In this document: piece after piece, positions 1 through 9,817 of the stretch
Layout of the letters: each line of letters opens with the position of its first letter
Numbering within the stretch: position 1 is the first letter of the stretch
Assembly (NCBI GenBank): GCA_963767925.1
Contig: CAVYGB010000008.1
Coordinates: 3,168,001 to 3,232,000 of the forward strand
Direction: 5' to 3'
Length of the DNA: 64,000 nt
From: an uncultured delta proteobacterium
Lineage (GTDB): Bacteria; Myxococcota_A; Polyangia; Fen-1088
Notes under the pieces: generated by a model
Told to the model about the DNA's origin: nothing
Seen by the model: only the letters and a program-made list of their open reading frames with translations
The model's database searches: none
Program-made: the position numbers and the translations under genes

Positions 1-1
1 C

Positions 2-589
2 GGCGGCGACGAGGTCAGGCCCCCCACCGCGGCCGACCTCGAGACCTACACCGCCGACATCAAGGGCAAGGGGACGCTCAAGGCGATCTTCGAGACCAGC
101 ATGGGGCGCCTCAGCTGTGAGCTGTTCCCGGACAAGGCGCCGATGACGGTGGCGAACTTCGTGGGCCTGGCGCGTGGGCTCAAGCCGTTCCGCAACCCCA
201 AGAACAACCAGGTGGAGAAGCGCCCCTTCTTCGACGGGCTGGTGTTTCACCGGGTCATCCCCGACTTCATGATCCAGGGCGGCGACCCGCTCGGCGTGGG
301 CAGCGGCGACCCCGGCTACCGCTTCGGCGACGAGTTCCACCCCACCTTGCGCCACGACAAGGGGGGCATCCTCTCGATGGCCAACGCCGGCCCCGGGACC
401 AACGGCAGCCAGTTCTTCATCACCGAGCGGCCCACCCCCCACCTCGACGATCGCCACTCGATCTTCGGGGCGTGCAAGGAGGTCGACCTCATCAAGAAGA
501 TCGCCCGCGTGGAGAAGGATCCGGGCGACCCCAGCGGCAGCCGTCCCAAGACCCCCCTCGTCCTCAAGAAGGTGACCATCCGCAAGTGA
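2..589 (+). CDS. Cyclophilin-type peptidyl-prolyl cis-trans isomerase (5' end lies outside the window)
   Basis: Cyclophilin motifs [38 protein letters not shown]; the frame is open from position 2 ([16 protein letters not shown]...). Confidence 0.95.
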   Translation, partial: GGDEVRPPTAADLETYTADIKGKGTLKAIFETSMGRLSCELFPDKAPMTVANFVGLARGLKPFRNPKNNQVEKRPFFDGLVFHRVIPDFMIQGGDPLGVGSGDPGYRFGDEFHPTLRHDKGGILSMANAGPGTNGSQFFITERPTPHLDDRHSIFGACKEVDLIKKIARVEKDPGDPSGSRPKTPLVLKKVTIRK

Positions 590-624
590 GCGCTCCGTGC
601 GCGCCACGGTGAGCGGCAGGCCCC

Positions 625-650
625 CGGGATCCTCGCCAGCGAGGGTCCCG
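625..650. terminator. GC-rich hairpin between convergent genes, possible bidirectional terminator
   Basis: CGGGATCCTCGC-CA-GCGAGGGTCCCG inverted repeat with one G-U pair; no U-tract. Confidence 0.35.
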
Positions 651-660
651 CGGGCCCGTC

Positions 661-2892
661 TCAGCGACAATCCGGGGGGGTGAAGGGGTCGCCCTCGACG
701 ACGGCGGGCACCACGCAGCGCCCGTCCGCGCAGACCGCCGGGGCCAGGCAGGCCTGGCCCCGGGACAGGTCGCAGGGCTCGCCGGCGCCGGCGCTGGCCA
801 CGCAGACGCGGGTGGTGAAGCTGTCGCCGAAGCAGGTCGCCCCGTCGACGCAGGTGAGGACCGATCCGTCGGCGGTGAAGGTGCCACACGGTCCGCCGAT
901 CGCGACGGCGGGCGCCCAGGGGGCGCAGGTCAGGCTCAGGAGATCGCAGTGCACCCCCCGCAGGTGGTCGCACAGGTCCTCGCTGGCGCAGGAGGCGCCC
1001 CGCTCGGCGGTCCGGTCCTGGCAGCCGCGGGGCGTGCATTCGCTGCCGGGCTCGCAGGTGGCGGGCGTCGTCTTGCACGCTTCGCCCGGCTGGCGCGGGG
1101 CCAGGCAGCGGTCGTCGAAGCAGGTCGTCCCGGGCGCGCAGCCGCCCTGCCACCAGCCGCAGTCGCCGCCCGGGGGAATGGCGGGGCGGCAGGCGCCGCA
1201 GGGGCTCACCCCCGGCCGGCACAGCAGCCCCGGCCCGCACTGGCGCGACTGGAAGCAGGACGCGCCCTCGGCCAGGGTGCCGGCTGGAGGCTCGCAGGCA
1301 GCCAGCCGGTGACCGAGGACGAACGCCCGGCAGGTCTGGGCGGCCAGCGCCCCGGCGCAGGCCACCCGCGCGGCCGCGCTCTCGGCCTGGGCGGGGATCG
1401 AGAAGTCCCGGCGGCAAGCCTCCTGCACCCGGAGGCGGCAATAGATGAGGTCGCCGTACTGGTCCCGCAGCTGGTTCGGGCTGCAGGTCGACAGGCGCTC
1501 GCAGCGGCTCTCGGCGTAGCCCAGGCAGGCGCTCGCCACCGCGGGGGCGACGGGGTGAAGGAGGATGCGGGGTGAAGGCGGTGGGCCGACGCTGGCATCG
1601 GTGCCGGCGTCTTGCCCCTCGGGCGGCGGGGCTCCCCCGCCCGCGTCGCCGCAGCCGGGCGCCAGTAGCCCGCCCAGGCCCAGGCCCACCGCGAAGCCCA
1701 GCGCCAGGACCGGGGGCGGGGCCGGCCCGCGTTTCCCGCCCGACGCCCGCCCGCGCCCACGCCGCCGGCGCCAGCGAGACGCGAGCGCGAACAGCAGCGG
1801 CAGCGCGGCCGCGCCGGGACCGCCGGGGCCAGTCGGGACCGTCTGGCAGCCCCCGCCTCCGTCAGCGGCCGGCTCCCGATCGAAGGTGACCTCGACCTCC
1901 GCCGCGCCCGACGACCGCTCCCGCACCACCAGGGTCAGCCCGGCCGCCTCGTCGCGGTAGGGCTCCGCCAGCCCCAGGCGGGCGTCATCGAGGGTGGGCG
2001 TGTCGGGGGTGAGGTCGAGCAGGAACGAGCTGGCGATCTCTCCCAGGGCTCCGCCCAGCGACACGAGCACGCCCTCGGTGATCGGGTCGCCCGGAGCGAA
2101 GGCGTCGAACCCGAAAGGCTGGCGGTACTCGAGGTAATAAAACGTCGTGGCGTCCCGGCGCAGGGCGAGGAGCTGCGGCCCGGCCGCCGCCTGCTCCTGC
2201 GGCAACAGCCGGTAGCGCCCGCTGTGCGCGATGGTCGACACGTTGGCGGGCGGCAGCCAGCCGGCCTGGGCCTTGTTATAGGCGCTGGTGTGGCGGTAGC
2301 CGGAGCCCATGACGTCGAATGGGTTGCCGTATTCGACGTCGGTGCAGGCGCCGCCGAGGACCACCGGCTCGCCCTCGGCGCCCCGGCAGGTGCGCGACGA
2401 GGCGTGGGGGGTGCCGAGGTTGTGCCCCAGCTCGTGGGTGAAGGCCGACACCGAGGTCCCGTTGATCCAGCTCTGCTGGCCGGGGTGCTGGCCCTTGCCC
2501 CGGTAGGGACAGGCGTCGGTGGCGGGGAAGAAGAAGGCCAGGTGATCGTAGCCGGTAGTGTCGACGCCCGCCCGGGCGGCAGCGGCCAGGGCGGCGCTGG
2601 CCCACTCCGTCTCGGCGCACGGGCGGTTGAAGGCCTCGAGGGTGAACCAGCCGAACACGTCCCCCCCGGGGCCGGACTTGCCCACCAGATCGACGAGCCC
2701 GTAGGACTGCTCGCGGTAAAAGGCCCGGGTCGAGTCGGGGTCGAGGAAGATCTCGCGGCGGATCTCCTCGACGGACGCGGGCTGGCGATCGTCGTTGCGG
2801 AAGTTGAAGAGGAAGACGCCCAGCGTGCGGGGCGGCGGCTGGGCGACGGCCAGCGACAGGGCGGTCGCCGCCAGGAGGACCGACTGACTCAT
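661..2892 (-). CDS. Secreted zinc metallopeptidase (M11/M6-like) with internal MYXO-CTERM-like segment, fused to a Cys-rich lipoprotein-like domain
   Basis: Likely start ATG 2892 (MSQSVLLAATALSLAVA, signal peptide); HELGHNLGTPH zinc motif; EYGNPFDVMG; YYLEYRQP; C-terminal half very Cys-rich. Confidence 0.75.
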   Translation of the reverse strand: MSQSVLLAATALSLAVAQPPPRTLGVFLFNFRNDDRQPASVEEIRREIFLDPDSTRAFYREQSYGLVDLVGKSGPGGDVFGWFTLEAFNRPCAETEWASAALAAAARAGVDTTGYDHLAFFFPATDACPYRGKGQHPGQQSWINGTSVSAFTHELGHNLGTPHASSRTCRGAEGEPVVLGGACTDVEYGNPFDVMGSGYRHTSAYNKAQAGWLPPANVSTIAHSGRYRLLPQEQAAAGPQLLALRRDATTFYYLEYRQPFGFDAFAPGDPITEGVLVSLGGALGEIASSFLLDLTPDTPTLDDARLGLAEPYRDEAAGLTLVVRERSSGAAEVEVTFDREPAADGGGGCQTVPTGPGGPGAAALPLLFALASRWRRRRGRGRASGGKRGPAPPPVLALGFAVGLGLGGLLAPGCGDAGGGAPPPEGQDAGTDASVGPPPSPRILLHPVAPAVASACLGYAESRCERLSTCSPNQLRDQYGDLIYCRLRVQEACRRDFSIPAQAESAAARVACAGALAAQTCRAFVLGHRLAACEPPAGTLAEGASCFQSRQCGPGLLCRPGVSPCGACRPAIPPGGDCGWWQGGCAPGTTCFDDRCLAPRQPGEACKTTPATCEPGSECTPRGCQDRTAERGASCASEDLCDHLRGVHCDLLSLTCAPWAPAVAIGGPCGTFTADGSVLTCVDGATCFGDSFTTRVCVASAGAGEPCDLSRGQACLAPAVCADGRCVVPAVVEGDPFTPPDCR

Positions 2893-3086
2893 CGCGCGCC
2901 TGCTCCGCAGCCCAGGGTATCGCGCCGGAGGCAGGGGCCGCCGGAAATGTTCCCGGGAGAAAATGTTCCCGCCGGCCGCGCGAAGACCGCCCGCGCGGCT
3001 GACCGGCTCGGGTTGCCTGTGTACGCCGGCCACGAGCAAGGCGCGCGGGAGGCGACGCCGGCTGCTTCCTGGGGCATCATCCGGCT

Positions 3087-6000
3087 TTGACCATGGACCT
3101 TCCCCCCATGCGAGCGAAGTGGATTCCGGCATCGAGGTCGTTCCGGGCAGGCGCGCTGCTGTTGCTGCTGGTGGCTGCCACCTGCGGCCGCAAGCAGTGG
3201 CCCGACACCCCACCCCCGGCGGCCTCGCCACCCGCGCCGGCGCCCGCGAGGGCGGCGCTGCCGCCGGCCGAGCGCGACGTCGAGGAGCACACGGCCCGGC
3301 CGATCCAGACCGACTTTCCCTTCCTGAGCTCGGCCCTCACCACGCGATCGGCGGTGGGCCAGACCGTCAACAAGAGCATCGCCATCCGCCTCGGCGCCGA
3401 CATCGCGGTCAGCTTCGACACCGACCTGCTGCGCATGGGCGCCGGCTGGTCCGGCGGGTTCATCGAGGCCACCGGGGTCACCTTCGACACCACCCACGGC
3501 ACCAACCCCTCGGCGGGCGGCGATCCCCACTTCGTCACCGCGCCGGTCCCGGGCTGGGCCGACGCACGCGGCCGCTTCGCCGATCCCCGCAAGGTCCCCT
3601 TCGGCCCCCTGCCGGAGCGCTGGGGACGCTGGGACGGCCTCTACGTCGCCGGCGACGACGTCGTGCTGGCCTACACGGTCCAGGGCAGCAAGATCCACGA
3701 GCAGCCCTCGGCCGCCCAGAACGAAGACCGGATCGGGTTCGTGCGCACCTTCCGGGTCGAGCAGCGTGAGCGGCCCTTGACCCTGCTGGTGGCCGACGTC
3801 CCCGGCGCCCCCGAGCGCGGGCCGGAGCCGGCCCGCGCGACCGCCGGCGATCCCACCCTGCTCACCCTGGCGGTGACGGGCGCGCGCACCGTCGAGCCCC
3901 GGCGCAAGGGCGAGGCCGGCGCCGCCGCCGCTCCCGAGAAACCGAAGACGCCGCCCGCCCCGGCCGAGCCGATCCGCGAGGTCACCGAGGTGGCGGTGGC
4001 GGGCGCGCCCCCCGGCACGCGGCTCACCCACGCCGGCCGGGGCCGGGTGCTGCTGCAGCTCCCGCGCGGCAAGGAGACGGCCCTGTTCAAGGTCATCGTC
4101 ACGCGCGCGCCCGCCGGGAGAGCCAGCGCGCTGGACGCGCTGGTCCGGGCCTCCGGTCCGCCGGCGCTGATCGACTACCGGGCCGGTGGCCCCCGGCACT
4201 GGCCGGCCAGCATCGTCACCCGGGGCAAACGCGGGGAGGGCCCCGGCCCCTACGTCGTCGATCGCCTCACGACGCCGTACCCCGGCGTCTACGAGGGGTC
4301 GCCCAGGGGCGGCGACTGGAAGGACAACGTGTTCCGCCGGCGGATCATGATCGCCGGCTTCGACTTCTTTCCCGGGGGCACCCGGGCGGCGCTGTCGACC
4401 TGGGAGGGGGACGTCTGGATCGTCGACGGCATCGACGGCGACCTCGACAAGCTGACCTGGCACCGCTTCGCCTCCGGGCTGTTCGAGCCGCTCGGCCTGG
4501 CCATCGTCGGGGGGGTGGTCCACGCCTCGGGGCGGGACCAGATCACGCGCCTGCACGACCTCAACGGGGACGGCGAGGCCGACTACTACGAGAACTTCAA
4601 CAACCAGGCCACCAACAGCCAGGGCTTTCACGAGTTCCAGTTCGACCTGCAGACCGACGCGAAGGGGAACTTCTACACCGCCAAGGCGGCCCCGGTGCGC
4701 GCGGGCGGCCGCGGCTTCGGCGGCGGGGGCGGCAATGGCACCGTCACCCCTTTTGCCGGCACCGTCCACCGCATCTCCCCCGACGGCAAGAAGCGGGAGG
4801 TGTACGCCACCGGCCTGCGCGCGCCGAACGGGATCGGGGTGAGCCCGGGCGGCCAGGTCACCACCGGCGACAACGAGGGGACCTGGATGCCGGCCTGCCC
4901 GCTCAACTGGGTCAAGCCGGGCAGCTACCACGGGGTGGCGGACAGCGCCCACCGCAGCCCCCTGCCCCGCCCCGAGCCGCCGCTGTGCTGGATCTCGAAG
5001 ACCTACGACAACTCGGGCGGCTCGCAGGTCTGGGTGACGAGCGATCGCTGGGGCCCCTTCCAGGGTGAGCTGCTCCATCTCAGCTACGGCCGGGCGGCCA
5101 TCTACCTGGTGGTCAAGCAGGCGGTCGATTCCTTCATGCAAGGTGGGATCGTGCCGCTGCTGGGGGGACCCGACGCCGGGCAGATCACCGGCGGGCCGGT
5201 CGAGCTCACCTCCTCGGCCATGCGCGCGCGCTTCAACCTCGGCGACGGCCAGCTCTACGTGGCGGGCCTCTCGGGCTGGCAGAGCGACGCCGTGTCGCTC
5301 ACCGGCTTCGACCGGATCCGCTACACCGGCAAGGAGGTGCACACCCTGCGCGGCCTGGCCGCCACCACCGCCGGCGTCGAGCTGACCTTCAGCCATCCCC
5401 TCGACCCCACCACGGTCGACCCCGGCAGCTTCTCGGTGCAGCGCTGGAACTACCGGCGCTCGTCGGAGTACGGCTCGCCGGAGCTGTCGGTGGAGAACCC
5501 CGGCCAGCGCGGACACGACCAGATGGAGGTGCTGGAGGCCCGCCTCTCGGCCGATGGCAAGTCGGTGCTGCTCGACCTGGCCGACCTGCGCCCGGCCCAC
5601 CAGATGTTGATCCACATGCAGCTCAAGGCCCGCGATGGCGTCCCCATCCGCCAGAGCGTCATGCACACCATCCACGAGCTGCCCCGGGATCCCCGGGCCA
5701 GCGGCCGATCCCGGGTGGCCAGCGCCCGCCCCGGGGGCCAGCCCGGCCTGCTGCTCGAGCTGGCCGCCGAGGGCGCGCCCACCCACGCCGCGGTGGCGCC
5801 GGGGGTGAAGCTGCACGTGCCGTCGGGCACCGCCGCCTCGCCCTTCTTGCCGCCGGGGAGGTTCACGGCGACCTGGCAGGGCACCCTCTGGCCGGCCATG
5901 CGCGGGACCCACGTCCTGGCCGCCGACGTCAGCGGGGAGCTGCGGGTCAGCCTCGACGACAAGGTGGTCCTCAGCTCGAGCGGCGGCCGGCAGGTCCAGT

Positions 6001-7724
6001 CGCGGCCCCTCGTGCTCGATCGCAGGTCCAACAAGCTCGTCGTCAGCCTGCGGGGCGGGGCCGGCCCGGACACCTCCCTGCGGCTCTCCTGGGCCCGGCT
6101 CGCCGAGGGCGGCGAGGCCGCCCCGCTCGACCCCACCCGCTTCGAGCCCATCCCGGCCGCCGCCTTCCGCCACGAGCGCACCGCCGCCCTGGCCGCCTCG
6201 ACCGCGCTGAGCGCCGGCCGGGAGCTGTTCCTGGCCCACCGCTGCGCCGGGTGCCACCTGCCCGCGGCCGAGCGCAAGGCCAGCCCCGAGCTGAGCGCCA
6301 GCGGGCCCGACTTCCGGGGGATCGGATCGCGCCTCGACTGGCGCTGGATGCGCGACTGGGTCCTCGATCCGCAGGCCCTGCGCCCGACCGCCCACATGCC
6401 GGCGCTGCTGGCCGGGCCCCAGGCAAAGTCGGACGCCGAGGCCATCGCCGCCTACCTCGCGACCCTGCGCGATCCCGCGCTGGTGAGCGCCCGCGACGAG
6501 AACGCCCGCGCGCTCGCGAGCCTCGAGGACCGGGCCAGCGCGGGACCGGCCGAGGTGGCCCCGACCGATCCGATGGCCCGGCTGCGCTGCGGGGGCTGTC
6601 ACATCGATCAGCCGAACGCGGCCGACGACGGCCGGCTCTCGCTGCAGTCGGCGGCCCGCAAGTTCCTGCCTGGCAGCATGACCAGCTACCTGCGCGACCC
6701 GCTGGCCCACTTCCCCTGGAACCCGATGCCCCACTTCCGGCTCGACCCCGCCGAAGCGCTGCAGCTCGAGGTCACCTTGCGGCAGTGGGGGGGCGGACGG
6801 CCCGCGCCCCCGCCCCCCTCGGCGGCCCCGGTCATCGCCCGCGGCCGCGGCCTGGTGGAGAGCAGCGGCTGCCTGCACTGCCACGAGGCCCCCGGGGCGA
6901 ACCTCCAGAACCGGGCCCCGATCGCGGCGCTCGATGGTCGCGCTCCGGGCAAGGCGAGCTGCGTGCTCGGCACCGGCCCCGCCCGCCACGCCTTCGACCG
7001 GACCGAGATCGCCCAGCTCGGCAGCTTCCTCGCCCGCGGTTTGCAGCCGGCCCAGCGCCATGTCCCGGCCGAGTTCGCCGCCCGCCAGGTGCAGCAGCTC
7101 CGCTGCAACGGCTGCCACGGCAACTACGAGGGGATCCCGGAGCTCGATCTGATCGGAGAGAAGCTCCGCCCCGAGTGGGTGGCGGCGTTCCTCGCGGGCA
7201 AGGTGCCGTACAAGCCGCGCGGCGAGACCCACCCCGACGGACAGCCCTGGCTGCCGGCCCGCATGCCCGCCTTCGCCGGGCCCGCCTCCCACCTGGCCGC
7301 CGGTCTGGCGGCGCTGGCCGGGCATCCCCCGCGCACGCCCGAGGAGGGCCGGGTCGACCCGGCTCTGGCCGGCGCGGGCGCCACCCTCGTCTCGGCCGCC
7401 GGCGGGTTCTCCTGCGTGGCCTGTCACGGCGTCGCCGGCAAGCCCCCCACCCAGGTGTTCGAGGCCGAGGGGATCAACCTGCTCTATTCGGCCGACCGGC
7501 TGCGCCCCGACTTCTTCCGCCGCTGGCTGCGCGAGCCGATGCGGGTCGACCCCAGCACCCGCATGCCCAATTACTTCGACGAGACCGGCAAGAGCCCCCT
7601 CGCCGGGATCCTCGACGGCCAGGCCAGCGCCCAGATCGAGGCCATCTGGCACTACCTGCGCAAGCTGGCCCAGGAGCACGACGCCGGCGCCAGCCCCGTT
7701 ACCCTCCGCTCCCCCACCCCCTGA
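3087..7724 (+). CDS. Large lipoprotein: DUF6797-like N-terminus, sorbosone-dehydrogenase-like beta-propeller, PA14-like domain, penta-heme cytochrome c region
   Basis: Lipobox-like LLLLLVAATC; ATGLRAPNG and TDNEG-type propeller motifs; five CxxCH (CAGCH, CGGCH, CLHCH, CNGCH, CVACH); start may be 3093 or 3108. Confidence 0.8.
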   Translation: MTMDLPPMRAKWIPASRSFRAGALLLLLVAATCGRKQWPDTPPPAASPPAPAPARAALPPAERDVEEHTARPIQTDFPFLSSALTTRSAVGQTVNKSIAIRLGADIAVSFDTDLLRMGAGWSGGFIEATGVTFDTTHGTNPSAGGDPHFVTAPVPGWADARGRFADPRKVPFGPLPERWGRWDGLYVAGDDVVLAYTVQGSKIHEQPSAAQNEDRIGFVRTFRVEQRERPLTLLVADVPGAPERGPEPARATAGDPTLLTLAVTGARTVEPRRKGEAGAAAAPEKPKTPPAPAEPIREVTEVAVAGAPPGTRLTHAGRGRVLLQLPRGKETALFKVIVTRAPAGRASALDALVRASGPPALIDYRAGGPRHWPASIVTRGKRGEGPGPYVVDRLTTPYPGVYEGSPRGGDWKDNVFRRRIMIAGFDFFPGGTRAALSTWEGDVWIVDGIDGDLDKLTWHRFASGLFEPLGLAIVGGVVHASGRDQITRLHDLNGDGEADYYENFNNQATNSQGFHEFQFDLQTDAKGNFYTAKAAPVRAGGRGFGGGGGNGTVTPFAGTVHRISPDGKKREVYATGLRAPNGIGVSPGGQVTTGDNEGTWMPACPLNWVKPGSYHGVADSAHRSPLPRPEPPLCWISKTYDNSGGSQVWVTSDRWGPFQGELLHLSYGRAAIYLVVKQAVDSFMQGGIVPLLGGPDAGQITGGPVELTSSAMRARFNLGDGQLYVAGLSGWQSDAVSLTGFDRIRYTGKEVHTLRGLAATTAGVELTFSHPLDPTTVDPGSFSVQRWNYRRSSEYGSPELSVENPGQRGHDQMEVLEARLSADGKSVLLDLADLRPAHQMLIHMQLKARDGVPIRQSVMHTIHELPRDPRASGRSRVASARPGGQPGLLLELAAEGAPTHAAVAPGVKLHVPSGTAASPFLPPGRFTATWQGTLWPAMRGTHVLAADVSGELRVSLDDKVVLSSSGGRQVQSRPLVLDRRSNKLVVSLRGGAGPDTSLRLSWARLAEGGEAAPLDPTRFEPIPAAAFRHERTAALAASTALSAGRELFLAHRCAGCHLPAAERKASPELSASGPDFRGIGSRLDWRWMRDWVLDPQALRPTAHMPALLAGPQAKSDAEAIAAYLATLRDPALVSARDENARALASLEDRASAGPAEVAPTDPMARLRCGGCHIDQPNAADDGRLSLQSAARKFLPGSMTSYLRDPLAHFPWNPMPHFRLDPAEALQLEVTLRQWGGGRPAPPPPSAAPVIARGRGLVESSGCLHCHEAPGANLQNRAPIAALDGRAPGKASCVLGTGPARHAFDRTEIAQLGSFLARGLQPAQRHVPAEFAARQVQQLRCNGCHGNYEGIPELDLIGEKLRPEWVAAFLAGKVPYKPRGETHPDGQPWLPARMPAFAGPASHLAAGLAALAGHPPRTPEEGRVDPALAGAGATLVSAAGGFSCVACHGVAGKPPTQVFEAEGINLLYSADRLRPDFFRRWLREPMRVDPSTRMPNYFDETGKSPLAGILDGQASAQIEAIWHYLRKLAQEHDAGASPVTLRSPTP

Positions 7725-7736
7725 CCGCCGAACCGG

Positions 7737-9605
7737 TCAGCGGGGAGGGCGGCGGGCGTCGCGGAACCAGCTCCGGTATTGCTCCATGCGGGCGCGCTGG
7801 TCGGCGGGCGCCCGGCGCTGGCAGGTGGTCAGGTCGGAGCTGCCCTCGCCCGCGCCCCAGCGGAGCTCCACGCAGTCGTTGGGGTTGTAGGCCATCTCGA
7901 ACCCGGCCTTGCGGGCCATCAGATCGGCCACCGTCAGCTTCCGGGGCGTCCCGTCGGTGCGCTTGTATTCGATGCTGCGCTCGCCCACCCGCCGGGCGGC
8001 GAGGGCCTCGATCTCCTGGCGGGCGGCGGCCGGCTTGCGCCCCTCCAGCAGGAACAGCTCGGGCCGGCGCACGATCCGCTCGGGCAGGCCCTGCAGCACG
8101 TTCATGGCGATGATGAGCCGCATGTCGCGCGAGGGGGTGGCGAAATCCTCCCAGGGGCCCACCGTCTCGAAGATCTTGGGACCCTCGGGCATCGGCACCA
8201 CCGCGTCGCGGGTCTGCTTCATGTAGACCTCGCCGTTGTCCACCGAGCCGACCCGGGTCTCGAGCTGCTCGACCAGGGCGGCCAGCATCTCCTCGTAGGC
8301 CACCGCCGGCTCGAGCCCTCGCGGGTTGATGAGCCGGCTCATGCGCGCGTAGAACTCGTCGGGCGCCAGGTTGTGCTGCTCGAGGGAGAAGCGGGCGAAC
8401 CCCGCCGCGCCCACGTCGGGCTGCCCGAGGGTCGCGTTGGAGGCGGGCGCCGGCGCCGCCTCGCCGCGCTTGATCAGCGGCCGGAACACCTTCCAGCCGG
8501 GACCGGCGCTCTTCTCGCTGGCGAACAGGAACGTCCCCTCCCAGAAGCGCTTGCGCCCCACGCTGTTGTCGGGCTGACCGTCGACCGCCAGCAGCAGCCC
8601 TCCCTTGCCCGGACCCTGGGGCACCCACTTGACCAGCACCAGCACGTGCCCGTACGGATCGGCGTAGACCGCGCCGGGCCGCAGGGCCGCCCGGGTCAGC
8701 TCGACCGGATAGAAGTCGCTGGTCTCGTCGGCCAGGGCGGTGCGCGCGCTGCCCGAGTGGGCGGTGTTGACGAGCTTGCGGAAGAACTGCCGCACCCGGC
8801 GCAGCCCGCTGGGTGGGCGCTTGCTGGCCGTGCCGCCGGCCTTCCCCTCGACCGGGCTCTCGTTGGTGAACAGCTCCCCGCAGTGGGGCGGCGCCTGCGA
8901 GGTCCCCCGGCTGCAGTCGCGCAGCCCCATCGGCAGGCCGAGCTTCCAGGCGAAGTAGGCCCGCAGGAAATACGGCAGGTCGGCGCAGTCCGGCTCGGCG
9001 GGGAGCGCGTCCCGGTTGGCCGGATCGTCCTCGCGCAGGCCGAGGTGGTCGTACAGGAAGTTGCGGCGGGCGTCGCGCAGGGCCGGCGTCAGGGGCCGGA
9101 AGCTGACCGACTCGGCCGGGGGAGCGTCGAACAGCCCCTCCACCCAGGCGGAGAAGAAGTTCTCGGTTGTCGCGTCCCAGGCGCGCCGGCTCTTCCAGTA
9201 GCCGGCCTCCGGCCCTGGCTCCTTCGGGCGGGGCGCCGGCGGCTGGATGTCGAGGCTGCGGCAAGCCAGCACGCGCTCGCCCTGGCGCAGCTCGATCCGC
9301 ATCGGCCCGGCCACCGCGCTCGTGATCTCGGCGGCGTGGCTCCAGGGCGGCCCGCCCCGGTGGGTGGTGGCCAGCGGGGCGGGCTCCACCTTGTCCCGCA
9401 CGACGACAAGCCGGGCACCTTCGCTGGCCTCCTCGCTCACCGCCAGCAGGCGCAGGTTGTGCCCGGGCGCCGGCGCCTCGGGGGACCACCAGATGCGGAT
9501 CTTCGCCGGCTCCTCGCAGGGTGCCGCCTGCAGCGACGGGGCCCAGCAGAAAGCGGTCGCCAGCAGCCAGGACGCGAGAACGAATCGCATGCGGCGCGCG
9601 AGCAT
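7737..9605 (-). CDS. Secreted hypothetical protein with possible papain-like (NlpC/P60 or DUF4846-like) Cys-His dyad
   Basis: Signal peptide (FVLASWLLATAFCWAPSLQA); DCADLPYFLR and YGHVLVLV motifs; codon pattern typical of real genes here. Confidence 0.65.
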   Translation of the reverse strand: MLARRMRFVLASWLLATAFCWAPSLQAAPCEEPAKIRIWWSPEAPAPGHNLRLLAVSEEASEGARLVVVRDKVEPAPLATTHRGGPPWSHAAEITSAVAGPMRIELRQGERVLACRSLDIQPPAPRPKEPGPEAGYWKSRRAWDATTENFFSAWVEGLFDAPPAESVSFRPLTPALRDARRNFLYDHLGLREDDPANRDALPAEPDCADLPYFLRAYFAWKLGLPMGLRDCSRGTSQAPPHCGELFTNESPVEGKAGGTASKRPPSGLRRVRQFFRKLVNTAHSGSARTALADETSDFYPVELTRAALRPGAVYADPYGHVLVLVKWVPQGPGKGGLLLAVDGQPDNSVGRKRFWEGTFLFASEKSAGPGWKVFRPLIKRGEAAPAPASNATLGQPDVGAAGFARFSLEQHNLAPDEFYARMSRLINPRGLEPAVAYEEMLAALVEQLETRVGSVDNGEVYMKQTRDAVVPMPEGPKIFETVGPWEDFATPSRDMRLIIAMNVLQGLPERIVRRPELFLLEGRKPAAARQEIEALAARRVGERSIEYKRTDGTPRKLTVADLMARKAGFEMAYNPNDCVELRWGAGEGSSDLTTCQRRAPADQRARMEQYRSWFRDARRPPR

Positions 9606-9817
9606 ATCAGAGGCGTTTGCCGGCGCAGAATCAGGGTCGCTGCCGCTGGAATCAGGGGACCCCGGCCGCGACCGACCCTACCTGTGCGCTCAGGTACGCT
9701 CGGGGTGCGCCCGAGAGAGCCGCCTCGGGAAGTCGCCGCCGGTCGGAGCCCCCCGCGCCAAGGTTCCCGGTCCCGCGATCTTTCGCTCGACGGTCCAGTC
9801 TGGCAACATAGAGCGCG

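Noticed and set aside
2889..7679. 1596-aa minus-strand ORF, and similar long ORFs at 7779-9872, 37769-40801, 54686-58285 and 59585-62035
   Set aside because: Shadow frames antisense to, or overlapping, clear genes in very high-GC DNA; no recognisable motifs.
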